Made by a program: the position numbers and the translations under genes. The notes below the pieces were generated by a model that was not told where the DNA came from, ran no database searches, and saw only the letters and a list, made by a program, of their open reading frames with translations. DNA of 64,000 bases from Chlorokybus atmophyticus (Eukaryota > Plantae > Mesostigma and Chlorokybus algae), in NCBI GenBank assembly GCA_009103225.1, contig RHPI01002262.1, positions 248,001 through 312,000 on the forward strand, given 5' to 3'. Below are positions 1-12,500 of this stretch, piece by piece. Every line of letters starts with the position of its first letter. The stretch's first letter is position 1.

Positions 1-1010
1 GGCAATGACGCAGCATAGCGCAAACAACTCATCGTCCATACCATTGCGCCAGCCAACAGCACCTGTACAATACATGCCAGGTCAGCATTTTGCATGACCT
101 GCCAATTGCTGAAAATCAAATAGATCAACCAACAAACTAACACAACCACACTCGAGCAGTGTCCTACGCCAGGCATGCTACAAGAGTAATGACAGAAAAA
201 AAGGGGTTACATCAGTGTAGAGAAAATCCGAACCGAGTGCATACCAGTTATTCCTACAACTAGCGCGGAATGCGACGACGGCATTCCCCCCGAGTCAATT
301 GTGCGGCGCAAATCCCACCTGCGCTCTTTCAACCTGTGTATGCACAGCAGCAGGGTTAGCGCAGCTCTTGACCCAGAGAACAGATATGTAAAGCGATGGT
401 GACCAAATGCATGCATGACAGCAATGCTACTGAACACAGCAGAATGTGACTTCATGTCCATTGCGCATGCAATCTCATAGCTTAGCATAGATTGTATGCT
501 TGTAAAACAATGGTAAGAGTGCAGATATGTGGCTGCACAGCAAAGTCACTGGCTACTGTGGAAATTGGTATCTTTGTGCAGAATAATGTGCCACGTGGTT
601 TGGTGAATCTCTAACAATCATCCTAAGACTATCTGGTTCTGCACAAAAACCCGCATTGCAAAGATGCATTGACCTATCATCGATCTATCATTAAGTCATA
701 TCACGCCCCGAAGTCTGTCGTGGTACATTGGGAGCAACATGTGCATCTACTGTAAACAAATAGGTACAACACTGATGACGGCGGAAGTAACGTTCAGCAT
801 CTGATACAATTTGTCGTCTTACCATGTGAAGAACACTTTGAGGAATTGGGCGAGCGCAAAGGATAGAAAGGCGGCGAGCAGGGGCCCGTTATGGATGAAC
901 GCCGCAAGAGAGCGATGGCCTCCGGACCAGGTCTCAGCGGTCACGGCGGTGCCGGCAGCGGCTGTCCCCGCCGCCGCCGCCACCGCCGCAGCGGCAGCGT
1001 GCACGCCCAT
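1..1010 (-). CDS. DUF212 / divergent PAP2 family (acid phosphatase/vanadium-haloperoxidase-related) membrane protein; 3' end lies outside the window
   Basis: Three exons join in frame: 1010-823 (MGVHAAA...HNGPLLAAFLSFALAQFLKVFFTW, donor GTAAG), 333-246 (LKERRWDLRRTIDSGGMPSSHSALVVGIT) and 63-1 (GAVGWRNGMDDELFALCCVIA). GGMPSSHSA is the family signature (established knowledge). The ATG at 1010 is the first in-frame ATG after an upstream TAG. Confidence 0.85.
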
Positions 1011-3049
1011 AGCCAAAGCAAGGAGCCCAGTCAGGCCGATCAACCACCGAGCGTTCAGCCCAATGGCGCTCGCAAGATGCCCAGGGCAAATCGCCTGCTC
1101 TACCTATTCCTCTCGTCGTGCTTGTACCGTACCTCAACGCCGGCTACCTCGACCGTCACCTCGGCCGCCGCCACCACCACCACCGCCGCGCTGGCAGAGC
1201 TATTTTTGCCGTCGCAGTTGTGCGTTAAGCCGCTTAATGCCTGCCCGAAAACGAAAAGCGAGTCGAGCGATGCCCGGCCGCGGCTGACATTACTTCTGAC
1301 GCAGTGCGCATACCTGCACTGAAACACAGCTGAATGCAACGCTGCGTGCGCTGCCAGCTGGCGAGGTCGGGGCGGCGGAGGCGGCAGCGGCGGTGGCGAA
1401 GCAAAGAGCTATGAGAAAGTAGGTAACTAAATCTGGTTGCTTGTCGTGTCTTGCACGGCTGATGGTGCGTTGACAAGAAGGCAAATGTACACACGGGCTA
1501 GTAGGTCCGCACTGCCAGATGAGTTTTGCTGCTGCACCAGACAGGTTAACGTGACTCAGCAAGTGCATGCCAGTGCATGCCAGCATCAGGTGGTAGGCTA
1601 ACAGAAGCATGAGCTATCATATATGGAACACATCACGGATGATGCGATTTACAAAAGCCCCTCAGGATTCGTAGCGTGATCGTTGGGTGTATTTTCCTTG
1701 GCGAGTCTGTGCTGAGCTGCGTTGCATAAGGTATAAGTTGTAGGGCGAAGAAGCAATTTAAATGCACAACAAGCAGCACCACAATTAGCAAACTCGTAAA
1801 GGCATGCAAGAGCAACACTTCAATTATCACAGGGATTCACAACTATGTGCACTACATGCCTTATGCGTTCTAGGCGGGGCGTGGTAGCGGGATACAGCAA
1901 GCGAGAAGCAATCAACCAACCAATCTGAGCACATGCATAGGCGCAAAGTAAGAACCTTGGAGAGCAGCGCATGAGTTTCAACAATAGTGTGAGGGTGCAG
2001 GGTGGGAAGGCAGTTGTACTGTGCGTGGCTATGCATGACATGTGCTTTTGTGCATTTTGTTTGTGGCACCTTTGCACTACCATGATGTTACATTGATCTT
2101 TAACCATAAGGCTACGGCAGCAAAAATCGCTGCCATAGGGGGAGCCACATGCCTCATATATGTCCCATAGCTATATATGTAATACATAAGCACATGCCAA
2201 ACTGAATACGAACATTTAATAACACCTGAGGATTGCAATATATCATTACCATTAAATGAAAAGCGTTCCCCATTAGGTGCAGACCACCATTAGGTATCTC
2301 AAGACAAGATATTGGGCCGCTGTGCGTTCTGCAACAAGAATTACTTACTTGATATTACCAGTTTACTTCATCATGATTGTTTTATTACGTTTGAAGTTTG
2401 TTGCGTGATAAATTGTTCGGTAGCTGCTTAATTGATATAAATGATGGATTCCTTGACATCATGTGGCGTGATGCAATCTTGGTGTTCATGCGGTGCTACT
2501 GCAACGTTTGCATACCAGCTCTGCCATTTTAAGTGAATTAAATCATGGTATTACGATGTCATGCAGTGTGCAATAACAGTTCTCTTAGCTGGTGTTGTCG
2601 AAGGGTGATACACTCTGTGTGGCGGTGATGCTGACTTACATGCATTATATGATAATGTATTATTATGGCGTCGTCCCACTTTATCAATCACATGATGATG
2701 GTTGGATTGCTTTGATGCATACTTCATAGCGTTGCACAGATTAATGATGATAAATAGTTCTTGCAATCATTGATTTATACAACTACAACCGACGCAAGCA
2801 ATAACAATAGTTGAGATGATATATAATGAATATGTAACAAACATGCGGGCTCATTTCTGTCAACCATGCACGGTCATTCACATGTTAACGGTAGTCTTTT
2901 ATACCTTATCATATGTCTCAATAAAATTTTACGGCTTTTCAAAGTGATGAAACTCTCTTTTGAATAATTTATTATCACATCGTGTCTTTATAGCGTAACT
3001 GACCTTGTTAGGTACCTGCCTCAGATAACAAGGAGAGAATGGGTAATTA

Positions 3050-3830
3050 GGGGTGCGGCTGATTGGGCGAGAGGCGGGCATCCGTCATCAGTGACTCACC
3101 ACACAAGAATGTCAGCACAATTCGTTAGTGCAGGGTGAGGCCTGCCACACGCCATCTCACCGCCACAACAGGCATAAAAGCAGCGACGGATGAGACGTAG
3201 CGCGACAATGCAGCACATCGTATGGCGTCACTTGATGGAATATCGTTTGATGTGCTAGCATACCGGATCATATGGCGCGATATGCTCAACACCATATGGA
3301 TGGATATCACACATATGGTATTATGCGTGCAATGTGACCTGAACTCTGTTAACTCATTAACATCAATGATCACGCCATCTCACCGCCACAACCAACATCA
3401 AAGCAGCGACGGATGGGACGTAGCGCAACATTACAGCACAGCATAAGGAGTTACTTACTAAAATATCATTTCATGTGCTAGCATACGGGATCATATAGCG
3501 CGAGATGCTCAACAGCATATGGATGGATATCACACATATGGTATCATGCGTGCAATGTGACCTGAACTCTATTAACTCAGCGACATAAATTAACCGGTTC
3601 CGTAATATTAACTGAGTTTATGTCACATTATGAGCTGAACTCTTTCACCAAAGAACTCACGACATGTCATGCGACATCGCACCATACCAAGCCGTATCAT
3701 ACCATATGGTGTCACGGCGATCGATATGCCGGCATATGATGTCATATGGCGTGATATGGCTGAATGTCCCGCGACGTCGTTGGACATCGTGAGTTCCCTG
3801 TGCGTCATGTTAACAGAGTTCAGGTCACAC
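3050..3830 (+). repeat. Left inverted-repeat arm (~780 bp) containing an internal ~223-bp tandem duplication (3148-3356 / 3371-3579)
   Basis: Both copies start CACGCCATCTCACCGCCACAAC and end GTGACCTGAACTCT(G/A)TTAACTCA. The arm is an inverted match to 6365-6924. Confidence 0.85.
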
Positions 3831-4022
3831 TGTGGGTCTGTGCGTGATGTGTCCTGCATATGATGGGAAATCATACGCGCCCGGGGCAATATGGTTGACG
3901 ACTACCATGGCCCGAAAATTAAGTCGCATGCAAGCTCTTCAACGGCAGCGACGCTAAGATTGTCGAGCATAGCCGCCGCGTTGTTCCGTTGGTGCATTGC
4001 GTCGCTTACTTGTTCAGGTTGC

Positions 4023-6180
4023 ATGGCGGGTTCTGGGCGTGTTGCCACCTTCGAAAACTACTTCGTCCGCTGCATCTACCGCTACAACCTCACAAGCATA
4101 CACAAAGGCTGGATCGCCAGGGTGGGAGTGCAAAACTTCAGGTCTCACCTTACTAGCGGTATCCACAAGGACGCCTTCAATGCAATAACACGCCAGCAGC
4201 AAGACGACTTGCTGAAGTACTGGTTGGACCTAATGAGTTCGCATGCATGGTATGTATTGTTGTGCACGGGTCAAATATCAAACTGCTCCACAGCCTAAGA
4301 GCATAACAATGTGCAATGTCACTGTCAACTTACTTTCAATGCATGTTGCTGTCTGCATGATTGCACAGTGGACGGAATTATGCGGGATTTTAATCATGTT
4401 TATGTACTTGTTGGCACTTAGGGTCGGGCTGCAGTGGTACGACACAACTTCAATCCTACTGTCGGTGCCTTCATGCCAGTTGCTCGAACGTGGCCTTTGC
4501 AGCAAACAACCCCCTGCCACCGTCGCTGCATGATGTTCTGCACCCTGTTGAAATCTTATACGATCCTAACCTCATCGAAGACACCAACGCCAGTGCCTTG
4601 ACGGTGCCAACAGGTACGTGACTGCTTCGTGGTGACATTAATAGTTTCATTCGGTGCATGTATCCAAACAGGTTCTTGTGTGACTCCGTCTAAGCGCCAT
4701 AGGAACTTGTCTATGGCGCCTGATACTCCCACCACGTCTCATGTCACTGATGCTAAAACAGGTGATCAATGTCATCGTCGCACAGCTTCCAACCTGATTA
4801 TGTGAACTATATAGACGCAGGGGAAGCAATGCCCCATTTGCCAACTAACCAACTTATACCTGAGCTTATGCATGCTGCTATCGACACTTTTAATGCCAAC
4901 CTGCTTCGTGAAGTACAAAACAACGCTCGTCTACAAACGAAAGTAAGGCAAATTGTGCCATTGTCTTGTCGCACCACTGGTGGCATTGTTTGCAAATTTC
5001 AAACGGGTTGACGAGAACACAGCCCTTCGCAAGCGCAACCTGATGCAAGCAGATCATCTACGTTAAAACCAGAAACAGCCTGATCCCCAAATCTCTGCAA
5101 AGCTGTTAAAAATGATCAGTGAACTCAATGGTCTGCGTGCAGGCCATGCTGTTGCAGACCAACGCTCTGCTGACCTGGAGCGTGCATTACACGAAGAGCG
5201 TACTGAGCACGTCAAAATGATAGATTGCGTCAAAATTGCAAACGCAGCAAGCATCGTGGGTTTACGCAAGAAGCTGACAGAAGCTCAGCGCAGGTCCACA
5301 ATGTTGCGGCAACACAATGAGCGCAACGATGCAAAATTGGCGCGTTTACAATGCCAAGTTGGAGAAGCCAACCAGACGATTGCTGCACACACAAAAAAGG
5401 GTGTTCCTGCATTGTTAGATTTTTAGCAACTGACTTGCTATTGTGGATCTCAGAGTTGACAAGCGTCCTGCGTCTTCAAACGGCAAAATGGCAATTTTGT
5501 GAGCGCGCTGAACCCAATGGCGAGCAGTTCAAGAGCTGCCAGCAGCACCTGGAAGTCACCAGAAAGAAATTGGACAGCTTGGCAAGTACATGTTGAAAGA
5601 GATCGACCTTAACGGACAGGTATTGAACAATTACACTCATTACATGTATGAACAAATGCAACACTTTGGTGTTCACTGGTTGGTGTACCAGGTATCGCTC
5701 CTCAATCGTCGAGATGTTAACAGGCAGCAGCAACTGCAACTTTACCAAGCACTCCGGGAGAAGCAATGTACCTACCTCTGCAAAGTTGCCGCGTTGCTGC
5801 GTGAAGCAGCAACAACCAAAGAAATGCAGCAACATGTGCGCTATGACTATAAGGGCAAGCGCGTGGTAGACAGTGAAGATAACACATGCGGGATCTGCTG
5901 CGAACAGAAGCCAGTGGAAGCGTTGCTACCAATGCCATGTTGCGGAGCTACACTGTGCCGTCTGTGGTTGAGGAAGCTGCGCACAGGATCTCACCCTCAA
6001 GTTGAGTGTCCTTTCTGCCGGTGCTTTCAACTTATTTTTATGTATTGCCCACCACGTGGTGTAGCGCCCCCCGATTTCCCTGTATACGAACTGAGCAGCA
6101 GTGGCGATAATGAGGATGTTAATACACACAATACCGGTGCTGCTGGCGCTGGGCCTTCGCAGCCACCCCCGCCCGAATAG
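4023..6180 (+). pseudogene. Spliced cargo gene: coiled-coil protein with a C-terminal RING-like zinc finger; probably decayed
   Basis: Exon-like ORFs with GT/AG borders: MAGSGRVATFENYFVRC...; PDYVNYIDAGEAMPHLP...; a heptad-rich segment (ELNGLRAGHAVADQRSADLERALHEE...LRKKLTEAQRR); a terminal exon with CGICCEQKPVEALLPMPCCGATLCRLW...ECPFCRC. There are internal stops, and the RING His and one Cys position are not conserved. Confidence 0.55.
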
Positions 6181-6364
6181 ACCTGTATTTTATGGTACCC
6201 GTTTTGCCCTTGTAGATGCATATGTCAAGTTTGTCAATTGAACAATCTTATGCTCTGTTGATACCTGTATAGTTATGTTGTTATAGAACATGCTTATACA
6301 ACATCACATGGCCGCACACATTGTGTTGTCACCGTGTGATATTTGCGATAGGCAGCATACGGAT

Positions 6365-6924
6365 ATTTCACCTGAAGTCTGTTAACATGACGCACAAGGA
6401 ACTCACAATGTCCAGCGACGTCGCGCGACAATCAGTCGTATCACGCCATATAACATCATATGCCGGCATATGAATCGCCGTGACACCATATGGTATGATA
6501 TGGCTTGGTATGGTGCGATGTCGCATGACATGTCGTGAGTTCTTTGGTGAAAGAGTTCAGCTCATAATGTGACATAAACTCAGTTAATATTACGGAACCG
6601 GTTAATTTACATCGATGAGTTAACAGAGTTTAGGTCACATTGCATGCATGATACCATATGTGTGATATCAATCCATATGCTGTTGAGCATATCGCACCAT
6701 ATGATCCGTATGCTAGCACATCAAACGATATTTTATATACAAGTGACTCCATATGCTGTGCTGCGATGTCGCGCTACGTCCCGTCCGTCGCTGCTTGTAT
6801 GCCTGTTGTGGCGGTGAGAGTGGCGTGGCAGGCCTCAGCCTGCACTGACGGATTGTGCTGACGATTCTCGTGTGGCGAGTCACTGGTGACGGCCGCCCGC
6901 CTCCCGCCCAATCAGTCGCACCCC
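6365..6924 (-). repeat. Right inverted-repeat arm (~560 bp), with a single copy of the unit duplicated in the left arm
   Basis: Reverse complement of the left arm, e.g. GAGTTCAGCTCATAATGTGACATAAACTCAGTTAATATTACGGAACCGGTTAATT vs AATTAACCGGTTCCGTAATATTAACTGAGTTTATGTCACATTATGAGCTGAACTC. Confidence 0.85.
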
Positions 6925-7461
6925 TAGCTGTGCATTCAACTAGGCTGGCAAGCAAAGTGGACATTGCTATCAATGCACACTGCATGTGTTACAACCATCG
7001 GTACATTTTGCTATTGCAGCGTTTGTTGTTAACGTGTGGAGTATGAGATATTGCCACAGTACAGTAACCATGCTGTTGCACAGATTTGCAGCACCCAGGC
7101 ATCGAGCCGAGTGTCTCGCATTGCCATGTGTGTCGACCCATAGTATACAGCACATGAAGGTTAAACACAGCGGGATAGTCGTTGCCAAGACCAGAGCTGC
7201 AAGGCGATCAGTGTACACACATGCTAACGCACTGCAATTGTCTCCATCCACTTGTGTGGAAGGTGATGAGTACAGCATCTCTCACATGCATACACTCCAC
7301 TGCATACACTTACACCAAACACCACAGCATACGTACATCTATGAAGTTACACCAACACAGTTACACCACCAATATGCACCTGTATCATATCGACACCAAA
7401 GCATGGTGTCGCACAAACTGTCAAACACACATGGTGAACCCCATATAAACAATAGCCAGTT

Positions 7462-7932
7462 TCACACCATTTCCTTGATTTTATTGCCACAACCGCTACC
7501 ACTACGTCGGCGCACCAAAAATGCTTTGAACCTTGCCGGGCTGCCTTCATCCATATTGTAACCTTTGCATCTACGAGTCGTATTGGGCAATATATATATA
7601 CCTAGCTTCTAACCAATCTATTCGCGCCTTGCAATGTCCTTCATCTAAAACTTTCAACTGCACTCTTGAAAAGGGCTACTGCTATCAAAGTCAGGCAACA
7701 TTTTCTTGGGCGGGTGTCTACGATGTTCCCTACAACGTCGACCTTGGTGGCTACTTTGACCAATATATACTTTCTGTGTTGCCACATGCGTCAACTTGTA
7801 GATAAACTTCGCACCTGTGTTCATGGGTTGCACACGTTTTTTGAGGTGCAGAGGCCCTGATGTTGGTGTTGGCTTGATTGATGCTGTTTCTTACTGCCGA
7901 GGATGGCAGGATCTTTGAACCTCATCGTTTAC
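7462..7932 (-). pseudogene. GIY-YIG endonuclease domain (terminal exon; one stop plus frameshifts)
   Basis: The minus-strand translation gives FIYKLTHVATQKVYIGQSSHQGRRCREHRR (GIY...YIG...R-x-x-H), then after a frameshift KVLDEG...DWLEARYIAQYDS and KGYN (conserved Glu and GYN motif). The exon starts at a CAG acceptor at 7932 in phase 0. Not reported by the ORF track. Confidence 0.8.
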
Positions 7933-9170
7933 CTGCAAAGAACAATGTTACTATGAATGCTGCAGTACACATCCAAGATTGATGTTGAACAATGTTGACA
8001 TACATGCGTAGCACACGTAGAAGCAAGGTAACATACAACGGGCAAATGATAAGAAGCAAGGGAGTCAGTGAAAAAACAAAAGTTTAACAAAAGATGGAGT
8101 GACTGCATGGGTTCTGGCGTGATGTGTCCATTGTTGTTGGAACTCTGCTACGCAACCATAGCATATTCATGTCATCGCTACTAACCTTGGCAAGCACAGT
8201 AATCCCATCATCAACTTGGATAACAACACACCTCATTGGCAGCTACATTTGCTACTGAAGCTTCCCTTGGGTTTGCTTTGTTGATCTGCTCAATAATTGT
8301 TTCCGCCTTTCCTTGCAACATGAAACGCGCTGTCTCGCAGTCGCAAACTTTGCGAACATGCACCAGCTCGAACACCTGTCAAACATCTGCTAACTACAGG
8401 TGCTTTGGCCAATGATCAAGTGTTACATTGATACATACCTAATTAGCGTAAATTGGCTCTGCATTACCAGGCAGTTCTGGGTTGTCCTTGCACATCAGAG
8501 CGTCCCACAGCTTGTAAGCTACTTGGCGCTTCAGCTCATTAGAAATGTCGATGCTGAGCTTTTTAAGGTAGTAGATGCAGGTTCTTGCACATACATGCAT
8601 CAGTTAACACATGCACCACAGTGTGTAAGTGTACATTAACCGCCTCTCACCGTTTGCAATGGAGTCCCCGTGGTTAATGCGAAACTCTTGAGCTCTTTCT
8701 TTGGCAGGGCGAATTAACTTATCGGCCTCTGGCTTGGTGAATAGTCTCTCAAGCTTGTCGGGAGTGATACCTGCTAAGTGACATGCTACCAGTTGCTTTG
8801 CTGTCAGCGGACGACCAGGCGCATCACCTCCAGAGCTACTGGTACGTGGACGCTTAGAGCCAGGTTCGTTATTGGAAATTTGAGCGTGGAGCCTCTCGAA
8901 CAGGTCTTTCCCGTTAAAGTCCATGCTGTCAACCAGATGCATTGTCAATGTGCTGCTAACCAACATGTTGACTCACAAAGTTAGAGGTTACACATAGGCA
9001 AACTGAGCCATGTTGTTACCTGTGTCTGACTGAGGTGACAATTTCCAACGATAGGCAGGTGTTTGAGGCAGGTGATGCGACAGGCATGTACAGTGCCCTG
9101 CGACTTGACGTCCTATATCTGGTATGTACATTTATAGCAGCGTTAGATATATTGCCAATGTATATCTGCG
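7933..9170 (-). pseudogene. Exons of an unknown ~300-aa region between the Helitron helicase and the GIY-YIG domain
   Basis: Exons IYIGNISN...SVRH / STLTMHLVDSMDFNGKDLFERL...KRPR...YLKKLSIDISNELKRQVAYKLWDALMC...IYAN / VFELVHVRKVCDCETARFMLQGK...VAANE join with compatible splice phases. The in-frame stops (TAA, TAG) are each one C-to-T change from a sense codon. Confidence 0.55.
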
Positions 9171-9573
9171 TGGCAAGGAAAAGGGTCTGCATCGGCAGAG
9201 CACCACGTGCTAAGCCATGCCGCGATGCGATTTGTGAGAAGAGATGATGGGATGGAGGAGATGGTTGCATACAAAGCATGGTTGGATGATGGGTGATACG
9301 GCAATCAACTGAATGTGCCATGTCATCAAACCGTACAATGTGTACAGTGTGGTCATGAGATGCAGTTCATGTTACGCGACATAGTCCAATATCGTCCAAC
9401 ATGGAACCATATAATGCAATGCTGTGCAACATTGTTCATACATGCTCAAACATTATGCGATATGCGTTGCTATCAAACAACGTTGCGCAACATCGTATCA
9501 TATCGCCAAATGATGCACAGCATATGAAACACCACTGCGCAACACTGACTGGACTTACTGGTTATGAAAAACG

Positions 9574-12500
9574 TCAATTCCCAGGAACGGGCGGCATCTC
9601 TTCAGGGCGCGGCAAACGCGTCAACCGTAAATAGGCCCTGTTTGTCACACGTGACAACGCCACATACCACAATCCGGGAGTAAAAGCTTCCTGCATGTGG
9701 ACAACAGTAGTTGATTGTAGCATTGCACCTTGCCACTTGTGCACTGTTATTGCATACGCTAGTTGCAAAGGAAACACAACTTTGTAGTATGTTTTGCCTT
9801 GTTGTTTACTGTATTGTTCGGCGCATCCACATGGACTCTGCCAAGTGATCGAATATAACCTATATACTACTCACACCCTTGTAGTATCTACACTGCGTCA
9901 TTGTTCCCAAAAACCCATTGGCTACACCATCTTGCAGTGAAACGTTTTTCAAAACCAACACCTTTGCTCCCTTGGCGACTGAAGGTAATAAGTTGAACTT
10001 GGGCTTGTGAATCCAGTCGTGAATACAGTCCGGGCACATTCACTGCATTAAGAGGTAATTTGTATTCGCATAATGGCATCGGTTGCAAAACGTTGTCTCA
10101 CAATCATGTTAGTGAAAGCCAGTGTGTCTTGTACATGTGAACACAAAATGGTTGCATCACTTGGTAACTGCTGTAAGTACTCCGAAGTGACCAGACAGCA
10201 ACCTAACGCATCTGCGATCATTGTAGAACTGGGTATGCCAGAATGAATCCGATTCAAGGATTGAGCAGCAAACAGCGGGTTTGAAGCATGACGCACTGAA
10301 ACAGAACATGTTGCCTACGTAATGGCCACCTCTGTGATGCAGACATATGGCATTTGTGGCAAACCTGCAATGTGTCTTAGATTTTATGTCCATAAATTGT
10401 TGGCAATTGCTTGTGGTCACCAGTACAACGCCAATTGCTTGCAGAAATTCTGGTCCATGAACTCGCTAAGCGCAACATCACCAAGTCAACCAACCGCAGT
10501 GTTATTGAAAACTCGTTGATTATAAACACTTGACAATGATGTAACAGCTTGTAAGCATCATCCATAGCAGTTGCTGACCGTTAACAGGTGTTGCGAAGTT
10601 GCAATGTACAGTTGAAGCAGATGCTCAGCCGCAAAGCCGCAGCGCCAGTTGTAGCACTGAGTAAAACAGGTATCCCAACAATGCGCAACTTGTGAGTGAT
10701 GAATTTGGTCAAAAATGTTTTGCCTGCTCCTGGACAACCAGATATTACATGTAAACCCACCGGTGCTGCAATGATACTACTTGCGGTGCATTTTTGCTGG
10801 CTGGTCAAAGACAAATTGTTCGCAAACGCAAACTCCTCAACATTCAACGTACCTTGCAACCTAGGAGGCGATACATCTGAGTCCGTTATGACAGCTGAAG
10901 CTGGAGATGCAGGATTAGATGATGTTGCTGTTGGCTACTGCGTAGTAGGTTCTGGTGCAGTTTGGCTATTTGTCGTACCAGCTGCAGCCATAGAGAAGGC
11001 ATTAATAGCATTATCAGTGGTCTGCATCATGGCGTTCATCATATGGTGAAGCTTAACATCATTGTATAGATGACGTTTGGCATAGCGCGTGACATGTGTC
11101 AATAAACTGCGGTTTGTGTTGTTAATAAAACCCCGACACACATTCTGCATAGTAAGTGCGTAATTGGTTGTTCAAAAAAATAAAATCAACTTCAGAACGA
11201 AAAGTAACCCGCTGAAGAAGTAAATTAAAACAAAACCCCTCAATGCTATGTATAGGATGGTAATCCGTGAATCTGATGATGCGTGGGACAGCTGAATCAT
11301 TAACGAATGCGTTCATTATGTCTCTTAAAGTACGCACAGTGTTATGTGGATCAGTGTCTCTATCTCGGTGCATGTACTGTCGAAAGTAGTTGTACATTGT
11401 TACTCTTTCCCCACGTCAGGCCTAACACAATAACGATGAATGGGATGCACAATTACTGTCTGTGCACGACTGTTCACTATGCGAGAGCGATTGTTAGGCA
11501 AACGCGTGTCAACATATATTGCATTGGACGACATTTGCATGATGGGAATATCCAAACATATCAAAGCAGCTTCAGCTGGAGCAATGGGTTTTGAGAAGTA
11601 CATTGTGTTCATTATGCGCAATTCGTTAACAGTTAATGTTTGCAAACCGTGTGCATTGATGTCTAATGTATCATCAACAGTGCCACAAGGTTCCATTTTG
11701 GTTGTGTACTTCGCTAAATACTTGCTCCAATGACTGTCAGTGACAACACATCACAATGAGCACCCCACAACAATAAAAGCACTGGATGTGTGGGAACAAC
11801 ATTGCGGTCACAAGTGCGTGGTCTGTGATAGTTGTACCTTCGCGTTTTTGTGTTAAACTGAGGTCGACGATGTGGTTGTACGGGATACGGAAAGCCCATG
11901 TCGCACTTGTTGTTAAATGCTCTGCAGCCACTGCCAACATCAGAACACTTGTGCATCTGCTTGCGTACAACACATTTATAAATCGCATTTTAAAATCAGT
12001 TGGTACAATCATTTGCTGATTTGCGTGGTCAAAATCTCTCGTGATAAATGCAGTGATTTTATTGCAAACTCGTTCAACATCATCGGGGTGTAACCACAAC
12101 ATAACATGTGCATGTAAAGATCCACGGTGTTGTGTTTCATACCTGATAACATAGTGCATCACACATCAAAGAGTATCCTTTCGCATAATATATTCTTCGA
12201 AGAAGGTGCTGAACCGATGATGAAACAACCGTGCGCACTCCACAGGGGCATCGCGCCAACTGTGTTGCATGGAGACGTTCTGGAGAACATTTGGCAAATC
12301 AATGATCTCAGGGAATTTAGTACTGGGCACTTCATTTGCAGTCATGGTGATAAGGAGATGAGGCATACCCAATGCTCAACCAAACACAGCAGCTCACGCA
12401 ACTGTTATCGATGCCAACTTGGAGCTCTAATGATGTTACTATGGACACGAAATTTTACAGCGTTTTTGATGGCATCGTTGATTGTGGCAGTAGGTCGTTG

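Larger units (their letters stand above)
3050..6924. mobile_element. Long-TIR (foldback/Pack-type) non-autonomous DNA element carrying a cargo gene
   Basis: The left end GGGGTGCGGCTGATTGGGCG (3050) is the near-exact reverse complement of the right end CGCCCAATCAGTCGCACCCC (ends 6924). Inverted homology continues inward to ~3830 and ~6365. TA flanks both ends (3048-49, 6925-26), read either as a TA TSD or as part of the TIR. No transposase motif seen inside. Confidence 0.75.

Noticed and set aside
729-742. 14-nt match (TGGGAGCAACATGT) to the 3' arm of the 25844-25934 hairpin, as a possible miRNA target
   Set aside because: It lies in a DUF212 intron and is short enough to be chance or shared repeat debris.
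1630-2110. Short minus-strand ORFs with splice-like signals left of the TIR element
   Set aside because: No recognisable motif and no consistent exon chain could be built.
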